Assembly: GCF_018350175.1 (NCBI RefSeq)
Contig: NC_058368.1
Coordinates: forward strand, 162,504,001 to 162,568,000
Length of the DNA stretch: 64,000 bases
Source: Felis catus
Lineage: Eukaryota
Direction: 5' to 3'
A program made the position numbers and the translations under genes. Position 1 is the stretch's first letter. The number at the start of each line of letters is the position of its first letter. Below the pieces are notes generated by a model. That model did no database searches. It was not told the origin of the DNA and saw only the letters and a list, made by a program, of their open reading frames with translations. Below, piece by piece: positions 37,554 through 50,212 of the stretch.

Positions 37554-38371
37554 TTACTCGAAGGTACAGATATTTGCTAGTATCAAGTAGTAGTCAATGA
37601 TCATTAAATATTTAACCTATTATTAAATATGACTTATTTAACTATCAGCAGCAAACAGAGGAGTAAAAATGATTAAATATTACCATACTCATAACTTCCG
37701 TGTTGTTTGAAAAGTAAAAGAGGGAGTTAAAAAGGGGAGGAGAGCATAAGGAGAGATTATAGATGACAGAAGTAAAAAACAAACAAACAAACAAACAAAC
37801 AAAAAGACCCTACAGCCATGGATATCTACCTAACATTATATATTCACTTCTGTAATTGTTATTTTTCTATCTTGCATATATTTCAGTGAATCAACTACTC
37901 CTGCACAAATAATTCCTATAACATATATGAAATTTTAAGAACATAATGTTTGGTTTTCTTGAAACTTCATGATGATTATAACTTCCCCAGGAGATAATGT
38001 AGAATATGGTGCCATTTTATAAATATAGATAGGAGAAAAATCAGCCTCTGAAGTTGAAATTTCAATAATAAATAGCTGGAGATTAATATTTGTACTGTAT
38101 GCCCTCAGTATTCTCTGAAATTTTTCCAAATGCATATATCACATTTGAAAATAATTTTGATCATCTAAGAAATTTATCTATAAAAAGTCTTTATACCATT
38201 GTTCAAAGTTGGGACTCACAGAACTGTTAAGTCGAAGGTTTCTACCACACACTTCAGCTTCCCTGTCTGCCTGCAGCATGACATGGTGGAGGAAAATATT
38301 TGTTATAATCCTTCCAGAGACAGATAACATATGTGCATTATCTATCACTTTTCCACACAAATATTCTTTAC

Positions 38372-38919
38372 TGTTGAGACAAGGAAACTGAAGGACTCCC
38401 TAAAATTTTGTTTTTTGCTCCTTTTCCTGCTTCTATTCTTGCTAGGAGCTGTACCCTTACCCCACTTTACACGCACCTTGTAATGCAAATAGCATGTGTC
38501 TTCCTTGTAAGGGATAAGGGGTTAATGATTTCTCTAGGGAACATCTAAGGAAGGACCAGATGAGAATGACCTGAGGAAGCAATCACATGGTATTCTAGAC
38601 CAAGGCCATCTGCCTCCAAGGAATAACATCTGTGCCCTCATCTTTGTTCAAACCAGTTCCTGGATGCCTGAGGGGACACGTACACAAGACCATCTTCCTC
38701 AATAAAACCCCCCAGACCCTGAACAAAGACAAAAAAGCATGTCCTTTCCTTTTGGAGTCTCCAGGACACTCTGTATCTCTCTGTATATATCTTCAACCAA
38801 CTCTGCTTTCACCTCCTGCTGGTTCATATTTGATTTCCATCCTGCGTGAAGACAAGGACCCTGTTGGCTGGTCCTCTAGGATACCCCTCTGGGTCCTTGG
38901 ACCTGGCCTGCCTACATCA
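38372..38919 (+). mobile_element. Solo LTR, ERV1-like, probably carnivore-specific
   Basis: TG...CA termini; 4-bp TSD TTAC/CTAC (one mismatch); about 550 bp; U5-like ATCCTGCGTGAAGACAAGGACCC. Confidence 0.75.
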
Positions 38920-40839
38920 CTACGAGTATCTTTGTTTACTTAATATATCTTAAAAAGTATTACTATATACAGCATAAACAGAGCTACTTCATTTAAATGT
39001 CTTTAAAGTACCTTATCTATTATATGGACTTTACACATGAATCATGATTTTAAAATAGAATCTTACACTCCTATTTGCAGGGAACTAAATAATACCAGGA
39101 AAATGTGATTAATGTGTAATGTCAATTCTGCTGATTAATATGAGACCTCCAGAGGAGTTATGTTGTATTTTTATGTCACCTCTGATGAGGACATGAAAAT
39201 TATGGCTAAGATTAAGGAATATAAGCCCAATGGTCCATCCTGATTCCTGCATGTTCAGTGGATCGCTTGCAGGGTCACAGGTCAAAAGTTTGCCCAGCTG
39301 ACAACAAGATTCAAAGAAAACCAACAAAAGGAAACAAGCTCCGAATGGTACAGCTCCGTGGCCAGCTCATAGTGCTCTTTAGTCACAGTTGGTTTTGTGA
39401 GCAACTCAGAGAAAAGACCTTGTCATGTTGGCTTTATTCTGCCTTGTTATCATCCTCCAAACAACACTGAGCAGTGGGTGATGCAGCAATCTTTCCTCCC
39501 TGTCACCTGTGAGAAAGCTGGAGTTTTCATCTTCTCTCTTCCATGAAGTACTCAAATATCTTTTTTCTGTTGACAGCTTGATCTTCCCGTCCCCCTCTCA
39601 GCATGGCTTTCTGTTTCATTCTGTACTCAGACACTTTGTATCAAAAACCAGAAAAGGACTCAACTGCAGAGTTTGGGCAGGATATTTGTGTTAGTTTTCA
39701 AAACTAAATTGCATTTCTGTAGGTAAATTTGTTATTTTGTTGTTAACGTATAGTGTGTTTATTGCCTATGGTTAACAAATGTCTGTAGCACTCTGGAGGG
39801 AATAAAAAAGTCTCTTACTTCACATAATCCACACACACAAAAAAATACAGTTCTCTACCTGGCTATATACTAGTTTTTAGTATATTTAGTACATATTAAA
39901 GACTAGCTTATACTAAATATTTTACAAATCATTTACCAATAATTTGCCTGTGTGATCTATGAGAACCAGTGCCCTCTCTTAAAATTCTCACACTAAAATG
40001 AATAGCCAATGACTTATTTTGATACTCCATTTTTAAGAGTAAATAAGTAAAAAATGGGGCTACTGATCTTGTTAAAGATGAGGTAAAGATTCTGTGCCTT
40101 TGAAATTACAAAATTTTATTTACTGAATTGTCCTATTTTACTTGAGCATAAGAAACTAAATCAGCTGAGTAAATGCCATCAACCAGCCAGGTTATTGTTT
40201 TTGGCAATATTTTGGATTAGACTTCTGATTATGTCAAAATTATTATTATTAATTATTATTATTATTAAGTCCAAATTATCAACGAGTCTGCACACGTCTC
40301 CTCTGAGTAGTTTCTAGCCTGAGAAACAAAATAAACTTGGAGTGATTCTCTGCTCCATGATGCAGACCCTCCTAGGTTCCTAGTGTAATGGTTTCAGAGA
40401 TCATTTATCTTATCTCCACCTCCATACAGACTGGACCCTTTCCTTGAATGATATATCCTTTCCTCCCTTCTGGTGATCTAAGTGCATTTTAAGTCAAATT
40501 GGCACAGGTCCTCGCTCCTCAATCTAATCATGAAGTCTCCTTCCATTACTCATTCTATAAACTCATTTTGAACTTACTATCTCAATTTAACAATTAAGTA
40601 TTTATTACTGAATTTCCTGAATTGTACATATTTTCTCCAAATAATGTGTTTTATTAGAATATAGGAACCATAACTTTGTTTTCTAATATACACCAAAATG
40701 ACTACCATAAGGCTAAGCCTATTGTGAGAACTCAGTAAATCTGTTCATTTGATAGCTGTAAAGTTGGCCAAGAAACACTGGCTCCATTATCTGGAATTTA
40801 ATAGTCCAGGACCAGATGCTGCTTTAAAAATTTCAGTTT

Positions 40840-41038
40840 GGGGCACCTGAGTCGCTCAGTCGGTTGAGCATCTGACTTCAGCTCAGCTCATTTTCTCGCA
40901 GTTGATGAGTTCGAGCCCCACATTGGGCTCGCTGCTGTCAGCATAGAGTCCGCTTTGGATCCTCTGTCCCCCCTCCCTTACCCCTACCCCACTTGCACTC
41001 TCTCTCTCAAAAAATAAACATTAAGAAAAATTTTTAAA
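40840..41038 (+). mobile_element. CanSINE
   Basis: GGGGCACCTGAGTCGCTCAGTCGGTTGAGC head; degenerate TSD AAATTTCAGTTT / AAATTCCAGTTT. Confidence 0.93.
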
Positions 41039-41879
41039 CAAATTCCAGTTTAATCTTTAAATAGAACATTCTATATCTGGACCTACCCAGGAATCCTGCC
41101 ATGTATTAAAATCTATTTTTATGAATAATTGTAGAAGACATTGTTGATAAATGGTTTTGTGCTCAGTTGTTCTGGGAAATGCCTAACATTTACAAATAAT
41201 GCAATTTACTTTTCTAATGCATAACAGGCTTTTTAAAAGCTAATGCTAAAAACTGTTTACATAAAACTGCTTTGTCCAAAAAATCTGATGTTCAACTAGA
41301 AACATACATTTTACTTGATCTCCATTAACAGGTTTCAGCCCAAAAAGGTTCCTTTTGATTCCTCAAAAGGAATTAAGCTGACATATTGTTTATAGTAAAT
41401 CATTTTAACATTTTTCTCATGTATTATATCATATTCCAAAAATTGCAACGAGCCTAATAATCGTTAAAAAAATTATCTTGAATAAATGAAGAAATCAGTT
41501 CTCTTCTCTCTCACCTGATTGCTGCTCAAACATTCTATAGATTCATGTAGGTATTTTACATTTATGGCAATTCAGTAACTTAATTTGATTGAATTTCTTG
41601 ATACTATAGCATATACAGCATAAGGTGACCAGTTGTGCAGGTCACCTTAACATACATTTTCATAGCATCCCTCGTTTCCCCTTAATTATATTTATCTTCT
41701 ATTATTTATTTCTATAAAGTAAAAATACAGATTGATTAGATATGCCTGTATTTACCTAATGTCTTTTTTTATTCTAGGGCTCATAAGGGTACAGTTGTTT
41801 ACCTTTATATCCTTAGTGCTTAAGACTCACATGCACAAAATAGGTTCTCAACAAATATTTGTTAAAAATGAATAAAAAA

Positions 41880-42486
41880 AGAAAGTGTGGTTTCAGCTCC
41901 AACTGCAAAAAATTGGACTCCATCCTTAAATTAAGAGAAAGGTGCAGAAACTGAAAATCAGTGATTTTTGTGGATCAGAAAACTGAGATCACAGAGCAAA
42001 ATGCCACCCCCGTCCAGACATCCAGAGTTATGCACATCCAACCAGACTTGTTCAGCAGAAGCCACTGAAGCCATACACTGGTAGAGATATTTAAGTGATA
42101 ATTTTGGCAAGTTACCAGAAGCTCAATGAGAGTGAAACATTTCTAGGGGCTGCATTTTTTTTTTTTTTTTTTTACTGGGGGCGAGAGGATGTGTTCACAT
42201 ATAACCTAGGCTTTCCTTTTAGGACCTCATTATGGTTTCATAATAAGGATTTGAGAAATATCCCCTTGGCCCAGGCTGGGGTAGAGGAAGAATAACTACT
42301 GTGAAACATAAGCAGATATATCCATAACAAAAGGACTTTATCACAACACAATTCTGAAACCTTATGCCAGGCATAGGATGATAATTCCTCCACTCTCCAA
42401 CCCCTCCAGACTTCCTATTTTACTTAAGAGGATTAAAAAACAAAACAAAACAAAACAAACAAACAAAAAACTATAACAGAGAACTT

Positions 42487-42527
<41 letters not shown>

Positions 42528-42875
42528 TTGGCACATGACAGGAGAAAAAAGTTTTATATAGTTATATATCACAAGAGGAGTAACAAAAACACTTGTGCAG
42601 GCTAAAGCCCCAAGACATAGTCACTAAATCAGAGACTAAATCAGAATACTTTAGAATGTTCAACCTCACATCCTGCCATTGTGCCAAGTCTCTAGTATAA
42701 TAATAGTGTATTACAAATGAAAGAGTTGCAAGATATGTACTCTCTTTGAGTAACAGTACATAGCTAAGTCTCAAAGACAAGGAGAATTGCCAAAACAAGG
42801 ATATTCGAGCAATTTGAAGACTCTGGTATCTATAACTAAAATGAACGTTAAACATAGCCTGACTCCTAGCCAGAT
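41880..42875 (+). mobile_element. Probable 5' region of an old L1 (L1MC/L1MD-type)
   Basis: AAACATAGCCTGACTCCTAGCCAGAT and similar motifs recalled from old L1 5' ends; abuts the L1 3' fragment; contains (CA)n at 42489-42525. Confidence 0.4.
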
Positions 42876-43153
42876 CTTGATCTATGAAAAAAAATTGACA
42901 AGTTGAACTTTATGAAAATTTTAAAAAGAAATTATTATACAAAAGACACTTTTAAGAGAATGAAGACAAGCTACAAGGTTGGAAAAATATGTGCAAATCA
43001 CATGTATGATTTGTATCCAAAATATGCAAAGAACTCTTGAAATTCAACAATAACAAAAAACTTAACTAAAAAAAATGGGCAAGAGATCTGAAAAGACATT
43101 TCAACAAAAAAGATACATAGATGGCAAATAAGCATATGAAAAGATGTTCCCCT

Positions 43154-43509
43154 CAGATGAACATATGGGAAGGAAAAATGAAAAAAAACAAGACAGAGGG
43201 AAGCAAATCATAAGAGACCTTCAATGTTGAGAATAAACTGAGGGTTGGTGGAGGGAGATGGGGATGGGCTAAATGGGTGAAGGGCATTAAGAAGGGCACT
43301 TGTTGTGAGCACTGGGTGTTACATATAAGTGATGAATTTTTAAATTCTACTCCTGTAAAAATAAATAAAGTATAGAATAATGCAAGCTAATTTAAGATAA
43401 AGAGAGGGATATGAGAAAAGAACCAATTAAGCATGGCACTCACCCCAATCATCATTCCTACTGTTAGCAGACCCAAAATAAATTGTGTGTTTTAAGGTTC
43501 AAAAAAAAA
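43154..43509 (+). mobile_element. Short carnivore L1 3'UTR insertion with a probable 3' transduction
   Basis: L1 3'UTR 43154-43355; A-rich remnant; about 130 bp of non-L1 DNA; AATAAA at 43477-43482; A9 at 43501-43509. Confidence 0.75.
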
Positions 43510-45169
43510 CTTGTCCCCATTCTTTTTCATTAGGAAATTTCAAATTAAAGATACTAGGAAGACGACTACATACCTATTAGTGTGACTAAAATCCAAAAAA
43601 AGAACAATAGCAAGTACTGATGAGTAATGGGAATTCTCATTCATTGCTAGTTGAAATACAAAATGGCATGGCCACTCTGGAAAACAGTTTGGTAGTTTCT
43701 TAGGATAAACATAATCTTAACATATAATCCAACAATTGCACTCTCAGATATTTATCCAAGTTTTTGAAAATTTAAGTTGACAGAAAAATATGCATTATAA
43801 AAATATATATGTAACTTATTATTCATAATCACCCAAAATTAGAAACAACAAAGATGTCATACAATAGGTGAATGAAAATAGAAACGATGAAGTATTATTT
43901 AATTTTAAAGTTAATGAGCTATCAAGCTATGCAGAAACATAGATAAATCTTAAATGCATATTGCTAAGTGAATGAAGTTAAAGACTATATTGTATAATTC
44001 CACTTGTATGATATCCTAGAAAAGGTAAAGCTATAGTGAAAGCAAATAATTTTTACCAGGGGTTTTGAGAAAAAGGAGGTTGAATAGATGAAAGGGGACT
44101 TTTTAGAGTGGCAAAATGATTCTCTATGCTACCCTAATGATGGATACATGACACCATGCATTTGTGAAAACCCATGGAACTTTACCACATAAAGAAATGA
44201 ACCTTAATTATGTAAATTTAAAAATCCTTCAGGAGGTTGGAAAATCTCAGGATGAAATTCAGACTTTGACAACACAATCTAACAATATGACAAATCTATA
44301 AATAGCCTCACCAAAGGGATATGGGGAAAAGGAAGTTGCTGGTGTAAGGAATTTCGGAAGTAATTGGTGACTGCAAGACCAAAGCCAAAGGAACTGTATA
44401 AAAGCAATGTCCTCCAATTTGTAAAGTTGTGTCCCCTGCATTACAGTTTAACAATTTGGAAAGCGCTATATGTGTGCATAAACTGAAAATTAATGTTTAA
44501 GAGGATGATAGGAGCCAGGTTCCCACTGTAATGGGAAGTTAAAGACATGTGAGGGAAAAAGGAAAGAATGCTTCATATGGTACTGGCAGAGTTGGAAACA
44601 TCAGTATGAAGTCATATTTAGCTTAACGTAGATACAAATGAGTACATGCAGAAATACAGATGCACACGGGTTCATATACACACATATTTCTTTGCTCTGT
44701 GAGCTGAAATGCATGGAAGCAATGATACACAAGTAGCACTAAGCACATCTAATGCTCATATCTTGGTTTTGAATACTATTCTCCAATAAAAGAAACCAAG
44801 GTCTTTTGGAGAAATTGCTGAGTCTAGGACTGGGATAGGAAATACATAAGATAAAGCCTAAACATCTTATAATAGCATAAAACATGGAAGTCCAAAAACA
44901 AACACTGAAATAATGGGGGTGTGTCAAAAGAGGCAGGAGCCAAATGAAAGACTTCCCAGTAGCCAAAGCCAAAAAAAATCTGAACAACCAAATTAATAAA
45001 ATGGTATTAGATTATAACCCAGTGTGTAGAATATATGTCCATGAGTCTAAACAGATATAAACGACTGGATAAACAAATAAGTGGGGAGAACAGACCTTTG
45101 CAGAGAATTCTAAATAATTTATGCAGATACTCACCCCTGAAGAAGGTGGAACATAACTCTTTATTCCTT

Positions 45170-45390
45170 TTTTTTTTAATTTTTTTTTAACGTTTATTTA
45201 TTTTTGAGACAGAGAGAGACAGAGCATGAACGGGGGAGGGGCAGAGAGAGAGGGAGGCACAGAATCAGAAACAGGCTCCAGGCTCTGAGCCGTCAGCCCA
45301 GAGCCCGATGCGGGGCTCGAACTCATGGACCGTGAGATCGTGACCTGGCTGAAGTCGGAGGCTTAACCGACTGCGCCACCCAGGCGCCCC
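45170..45390 (-). mobile_element. Young CanSINE (SINEC_Fc-type, CpGs largely intact)
   Basis: TSD ACTCTTTATTCCTT at 45156-45169 and 45391-45404. Confidence 0.97.
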
Positions 45391-46089
45391 ACTCTTTATT
45401 CCTTAAATGTAGACTGTACACTTTCAAAGATTACAGTAAAGAGGCAGGAGCTGAGTAAATTTACATTGGAGAAACAAGGTATACATTATCTTAGCCAGGT
45501 AATGCTAACATCAGCAGTGATAAAGCATGTCATTAGCATGTACTCTTCTTATGATATGACCAAAATAGCACTTTCCCTCTGTGGTCTTTCTCATAAAAAC
45601 ACATAAACTTGGCCTAATCATAGAAAAACATAAATGAATCCCGAATGAAGGCCATTCTACAATACCTGGCCATACTCTTTAAAACTGCCAATGTCATCCA
45701 AAACAAGGAAAGTCTGAGAACTGTAACAGTCTAGAGGAGACTAAGGAGATAGACATAACTACTAAAGATAACGTGACATCCTAGATGGAATTCTCATTTA
45801 AAATGGTTACTAAGTAAAAACTAAGGAAACCTGAAAAGTGTACGAATTTTAGTTAATAATAATTTATCAATACTGGTTCATTAGATCTGATATACTTATT
45901 AATAACATGTTAACAAGAAGGATATCTGAGTGTAGTATTAACTTCTCAATTTTTATAATCATTCTAAACCCTTTATAAAATAAAAGCTTATTTAAAAATG
46001 AAGTTCACAGTATGGTTAACTGTAGTCACACTGCTACTAGATCTCCAGGGATCTGGTGGAAGTCTTCTGGCTTATAAAAATGGTGTATC

Positions 46090-46940
46090 ATTCCATCAGT
46101 TAAGAACTTTAATTCTTTTGGCAATTCTTTATAGTATTCAGGACATAGTTGTTTTATTTTTTTTGTAGATTTAGCTCTATTTCATTTTCTGATGCTATTT
46201 TAAATGTGTTTTTGTTTCATTTTCTCATTATTCCTTGCTAGCATACAGAAATATATTTGATTTTTGTATACTGATATTGAAAACTTGCTAAGAAACTTAC
46301 TGAACAGTTTTAGTTGTTTTTTTTTTGAAAGTTGCTTTTATATAGAAATGAATATATGGGAAGAAAAAAAACAGAAAAACATAACTTTGTGTCTTGCTTT
46401 CCAAAATTGATTCCTTCCCCCCACCCCCCACCCCCACCTTATTGATTGTACTGGACAAAAACTTTAGTATAGTGTTTAAAATAAATGGTGCAATCAGACA
46501 TCTTTGTCTCTTTTCTGATCTTGGGAAGAAAGCATTACGGTTTTTACTAAGTGAGATGTTAGTTCTAGGATTTTTGTAGATGTTCTTTATCAAGATGCTT
46601 TTTATCCTTAATTTGCTCACATTTTTTTTTCAAGAATGTGTGTTTTACTTGGTCAAGTGCTTTTTAATTCTACTGAGTTAATCATATGATTTTTCTTTTT
46701 TGGTATTTTGACATAGCAATTTACATTGATTTTTCAAGTGTTACAACAACCTTGCTTTCCCAGGACAAATCCCATTGGCCTCCATGTATTAATCTTTTTT
46801 ATCTTTTGTTTGAGTTAATTTGCCAAAATTTTATTAGAATTTTTGCATCTGTGTTCATGGATTTACTACAGTATTCTCATAATCTTTGACAGGTTTTGGT
46901 ATCAAAATAATGTTAGCCTCATGGAATAATTTGGAAAATA
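46090..46940 (-). mobile_element. Old L1 ORF2 (RT-region) fragment
   Basis: Minus ORF IKNIYKNPRTNISL..NAFFPRSEKRQRCLIAPFILNTIL resembles the L1 RT region around QGCPLSP. Confidence 0.8.
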
Positions 46941-47534
46941 TCTCTATATAGAATTTGGAAATTCTATACAGCCATCAGGTCATTTTAGAAAGAACTAACT
47001 AGCTTAATAAGGGTTACAACCACCAATTCCCTCAGGATTTATTTAACATATAGTCATAAATCTACCCACTCAAGAAGAAAATTTTTAATTACTGTCAGGG
47101 TGAAAATTGCACTTTTCCAAATATTTGGCCAGTTATATCTCCCTTACTATATGGTAACATTTCTCCAGAAATTTTACTTTTTTCATTATCTAGTAATTAC
47201 ACTTTGTTTTTAATAGCTAATGACATATAAATTGATAAGAGCATCATACTATTACAGAACTAAATAGAACTAGAAACATTTAAAAAAAATTCTCCCAGGT
47301 ATTTTTAAAGCAGGGCCCATTACTGGTGACTCCACGGTGAGGTCTATTGTTGAGTGTGATAGGAAACTCAGAGTTGAGTCAAGGGAGAGCTCTAAATTAA
47401 TGTCCTTTGTACTTTTAAAACATTTGTTTAAATTTCCATCCTCTTGTATGTGGCCCAAATCAATATTGTATCCTATGTAGGGTACTAGTTAATAGATATT
47501 TAAGTGAATTACTGAAGGAGGAAAAATGTACTGC

Positions 47535-47633
47535 TTGAAATTCTTTCCCTGTCTTTTTACCTCTCCCCTGCTCATGTGTGCACATGCGTACTCGTTCTCC
47601 CTCTCTTTCAAAATAAATAAAGAAACTTTAAAA
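47535..47633 (+). mobile_element. 5'-truncated CanSINE (3' half only)
   Basis: CTCTCCCCTGCTCATG...CTCTCTTTCAAAATAAATAAA. Confidence 0.7.
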
Positions 47634-47829
47634 CAATGCTAGTTTTTTTGAAACTTAATGACCTAGAGAAACAAATGAACTATAAGTCCTTTGCTTCATT
47701 GTCTCAGTGGATAGTCTTTTCCAGGCTTTCTCTCCTCTTTAGAAAGAGACAAAATATTATTTTCAGACACTCCTCCTGTCCATTGTACATTATTTATTCA
47801 AATTATTAATGACCTTTTGTATGTAATAG

Positions 47830-48012
47830 CAGGTGTTCTCAACTCATGTTGCCCCTCAGAATCTTCTAAGGACCTTGTCAAAAAAGAAAATTTTCAAAAC
47901 TCACCAAGAGATTCTAATTTAGTAGGTTTTGAGTATAGCCCAGGAAAATACAGTTTCAATAAACACCACAGGCGATGATGCAGGGTGTCCTCAGAAGCTA
48001 CATTGATAAAAA
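47830..48012. mobile_element. MER5-like hAT-Charlie fossil
   Basis: GTTCTCAAC...CAGAATC...GAGATTCTAATTTAGTAGG...GCCCAGGAA...AATAAACACCACAGGCGAT pattern. Confidence 0.55.
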
Positions 48013-48140
48013 TGAGTTACACCATTTTTTTGCATGAATACATGCCATTGTTATTCTTTTGTCATTTTAGTTTAGCAGACACCACAATTTAAAAGAACTT
48101 GGTGGAAAGTCAATCTAAACCTTTATGTGTTTATTTTATT

Positions 48141-48383
48141 ACTTATGGCCATCTATTTCTTCATTGCCTCAAGAAATGGAATTGGGGGTTTGTGAAACAA
48201 GACAAAGTAACAGAAGCACAAGCCCCACTGAAATTTGAGGGACCACTGAGATTAAGATCTTTGTTAAAGATGTAAATGGTGTACAGAACCTGGTTTTTCA
48301 GAGCATTAGAAATTCTATATAGCCATCAGGTCATTTTAGAAAGAACTAACCTAGAGAAAACTGGTTCCAGTCAGGGGCTAACT
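48141..48383. repeat. Recent local copy of 50213-50486, flanked by a 22-bp direct repeat
   Basis: 243 aligned bp, 3 substitutions, lacks 50298-50328. Flanks CAATCTAAACCTTTATGT(G/T)TTT at 48111-48132 and 48399-48420. Confidence 0.95.
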
Positions 48384-49195
48384 GACTGTTATGTATTACA
48401 ATCTAAACCTTTATGTTTTTAAGGCCATGCTTCCTCTTCAATTACTTGGGAGGGACCATGAATCTCCAAGTGTACACAGTGAATTTCCTATGGAAGCACC
48501 TGAAATAAACACACTTCAGGTCTGTACATGTCTGGGTGGTAGTCAATATCAGATTCCTCTCCTAAGTCTCTTCTTCAGACTTTGCCTTTTCAAATATGCA
48601 TTATGACTTCCTATTCATTTACACAGCTTTTCTGGCTACTGTGGCCTAACATAACCTTTCATGCAACCCTAGAATTCTAGAGATGAGAACTATCATATCA
48701 CCTTGCATGGACTCACAGGGATCACTTAGTTTAACCCAAACATCTGACAAAATTAACACTAGGGAGAAAAAATAAATTGTCCCCTGTAACCCATTTATTA
48801 GTGGCCCATCTAGATTATCTTCTACCTCATGATAATGTCCCTTCTTGGTCAAACTGTACTTACAAAGAATAGCTCATATGTAGTATTAAACAGGATATTT
48901 CATGGTTCTGTAATATTTTTTTTCCTTTATGATTTGTATCCTAAGTGAGTTTGTAAGCTACTTCAGACCATGCACAGAACTTCCATTGTATTACCCTCAA
49001 AGTAACTAGCACATACTGGTTACTCCAAAATGGTATTTTTTTTCTTTTCCCCATTCCGCCTGCCCCCCGCCCCATAGACATAATGTAAATTCATGTGCAT
49101 AAAAAAGGAAAAGCAGTTCTTTGGATAGAAGGGGTAGACGGAAAAAAAAGGGGGGGGGGGTGCATGAGGAAAAGCAACTAGACCAAGCTACTCAG

Positions 49196-49209
49196 GTTGC
49201 CTTGGTGAC
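49196..49209. promoter_or_regulatory. RFX X-box-like motif
   Basis: GTTGCCTTGGTGAC (reverse complement GTCACCAAGGCAAC). Confidence 0.4.
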
Positions 49210-49264
49210 ACTAGGTTCATGTTCTTTCAGAGAGCCTGACATTTCTCTGTTATTTGTGATACAG

Positions 49265-49279
49265 AGCACCATCTAGTGG
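49265..49279 (-). promoter_or_regulatory. CTCF core motif in non-repeat DNA
   Basis: Minus strand CCACTAGATGGTGCT versus consensus CCASYAGRKGGCRS. Confidence 0.55.
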
Positions 49280-50212
49280 TTTTATTTCAACTTCAAACAG
49301 TCCACATTCCTGCTCAATCTCCAATAAAAAAATGAGCTTTTGGTAAGATGCAATATTCGTTATGAAATACATATTTTAGGGATTCAATAACAGAGTCAGA
49401 ATCTGCTTTGTGTGCATGTACAACATGCATATATGAGCGATTTGTGATTAAAATGTGCTTTCTGTAGTTTAAAAATATGATCATCTGTCATAAAGGACTG
49501 GACTACAGATGCAATAGTCATCACCTTACCAGCATTTGGGGAACCAAATATGAGGAACAAAATGTTCAGAATGAGACATTTTTAGTAAAGCTTTCTAATA
49601 GGAACATGAACATGAAATTCAGCACTGCTTCACTTTACTAAGATGCCTGATCACCTGACATTTGCATAGATACGGCTACGTTATGCTACTTTTGAAACTT
49701 AAGGACATCAGACTAACAGTTTTTATATATTCCTAAGTGACAGTTTCCTAAACTATATTAAGCATGGTTTTTTTTCATAGCATATCTTCTTTATCACAAA
49801 GGATATTAGTATTCTGCAGAGATGTTCCTTGATCTCACAGTGTTTACTTCCTTGTGGATATCAGCCTTGTTTAACCTAATTGGTTTCAGCTTCTTAAGAA
49901 CAAGGACTCAGTTTTATATTTCTTTGGTAAATTATGACCACACCCACCCACTAACCCCATATCCTTAAAAGTCCTGACATTAGGAACTGTGCTCAGAGCT
50001 CAGTAAAACGATTAGCAGGCATATATTATGGACTGTTCAACAACTATCTCCTGGAGCCATTAACTCAAAATGCAATCAAAGTAAAGAAATAGTTAGCTCC
50101 ACTGATCAAGAGTGATGGAATTCAAAGAGCCATGACCTTAAGAAACAGAGTCCTAGAAAACTGATTTTTAAACATTGAGAAGAAAACAGGATGATAAAGC
50201 AAATCACTTTAA

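Larger units (their letters stand above)
42885..45940 (+). mobile_element. Old L1 (L1MC/L1MD-type) ORF2 end plus long 3'UTR, interrupted by two insertions
   Basis: AAAGACATTTCAACAAAAAAGATACATAGATGGCAAATAAGCATATGAAAAGATGTTC; 3'UTR parallels 14410-16590. Confidence 0.75.

Noticed and set aside
14410..45940. Segmental duplication between 14410-16590 and 43510-45940
   Set aside because: Similarity is low and gappy and confined to old L1 3' sequence; better explained as independent copies of related families.
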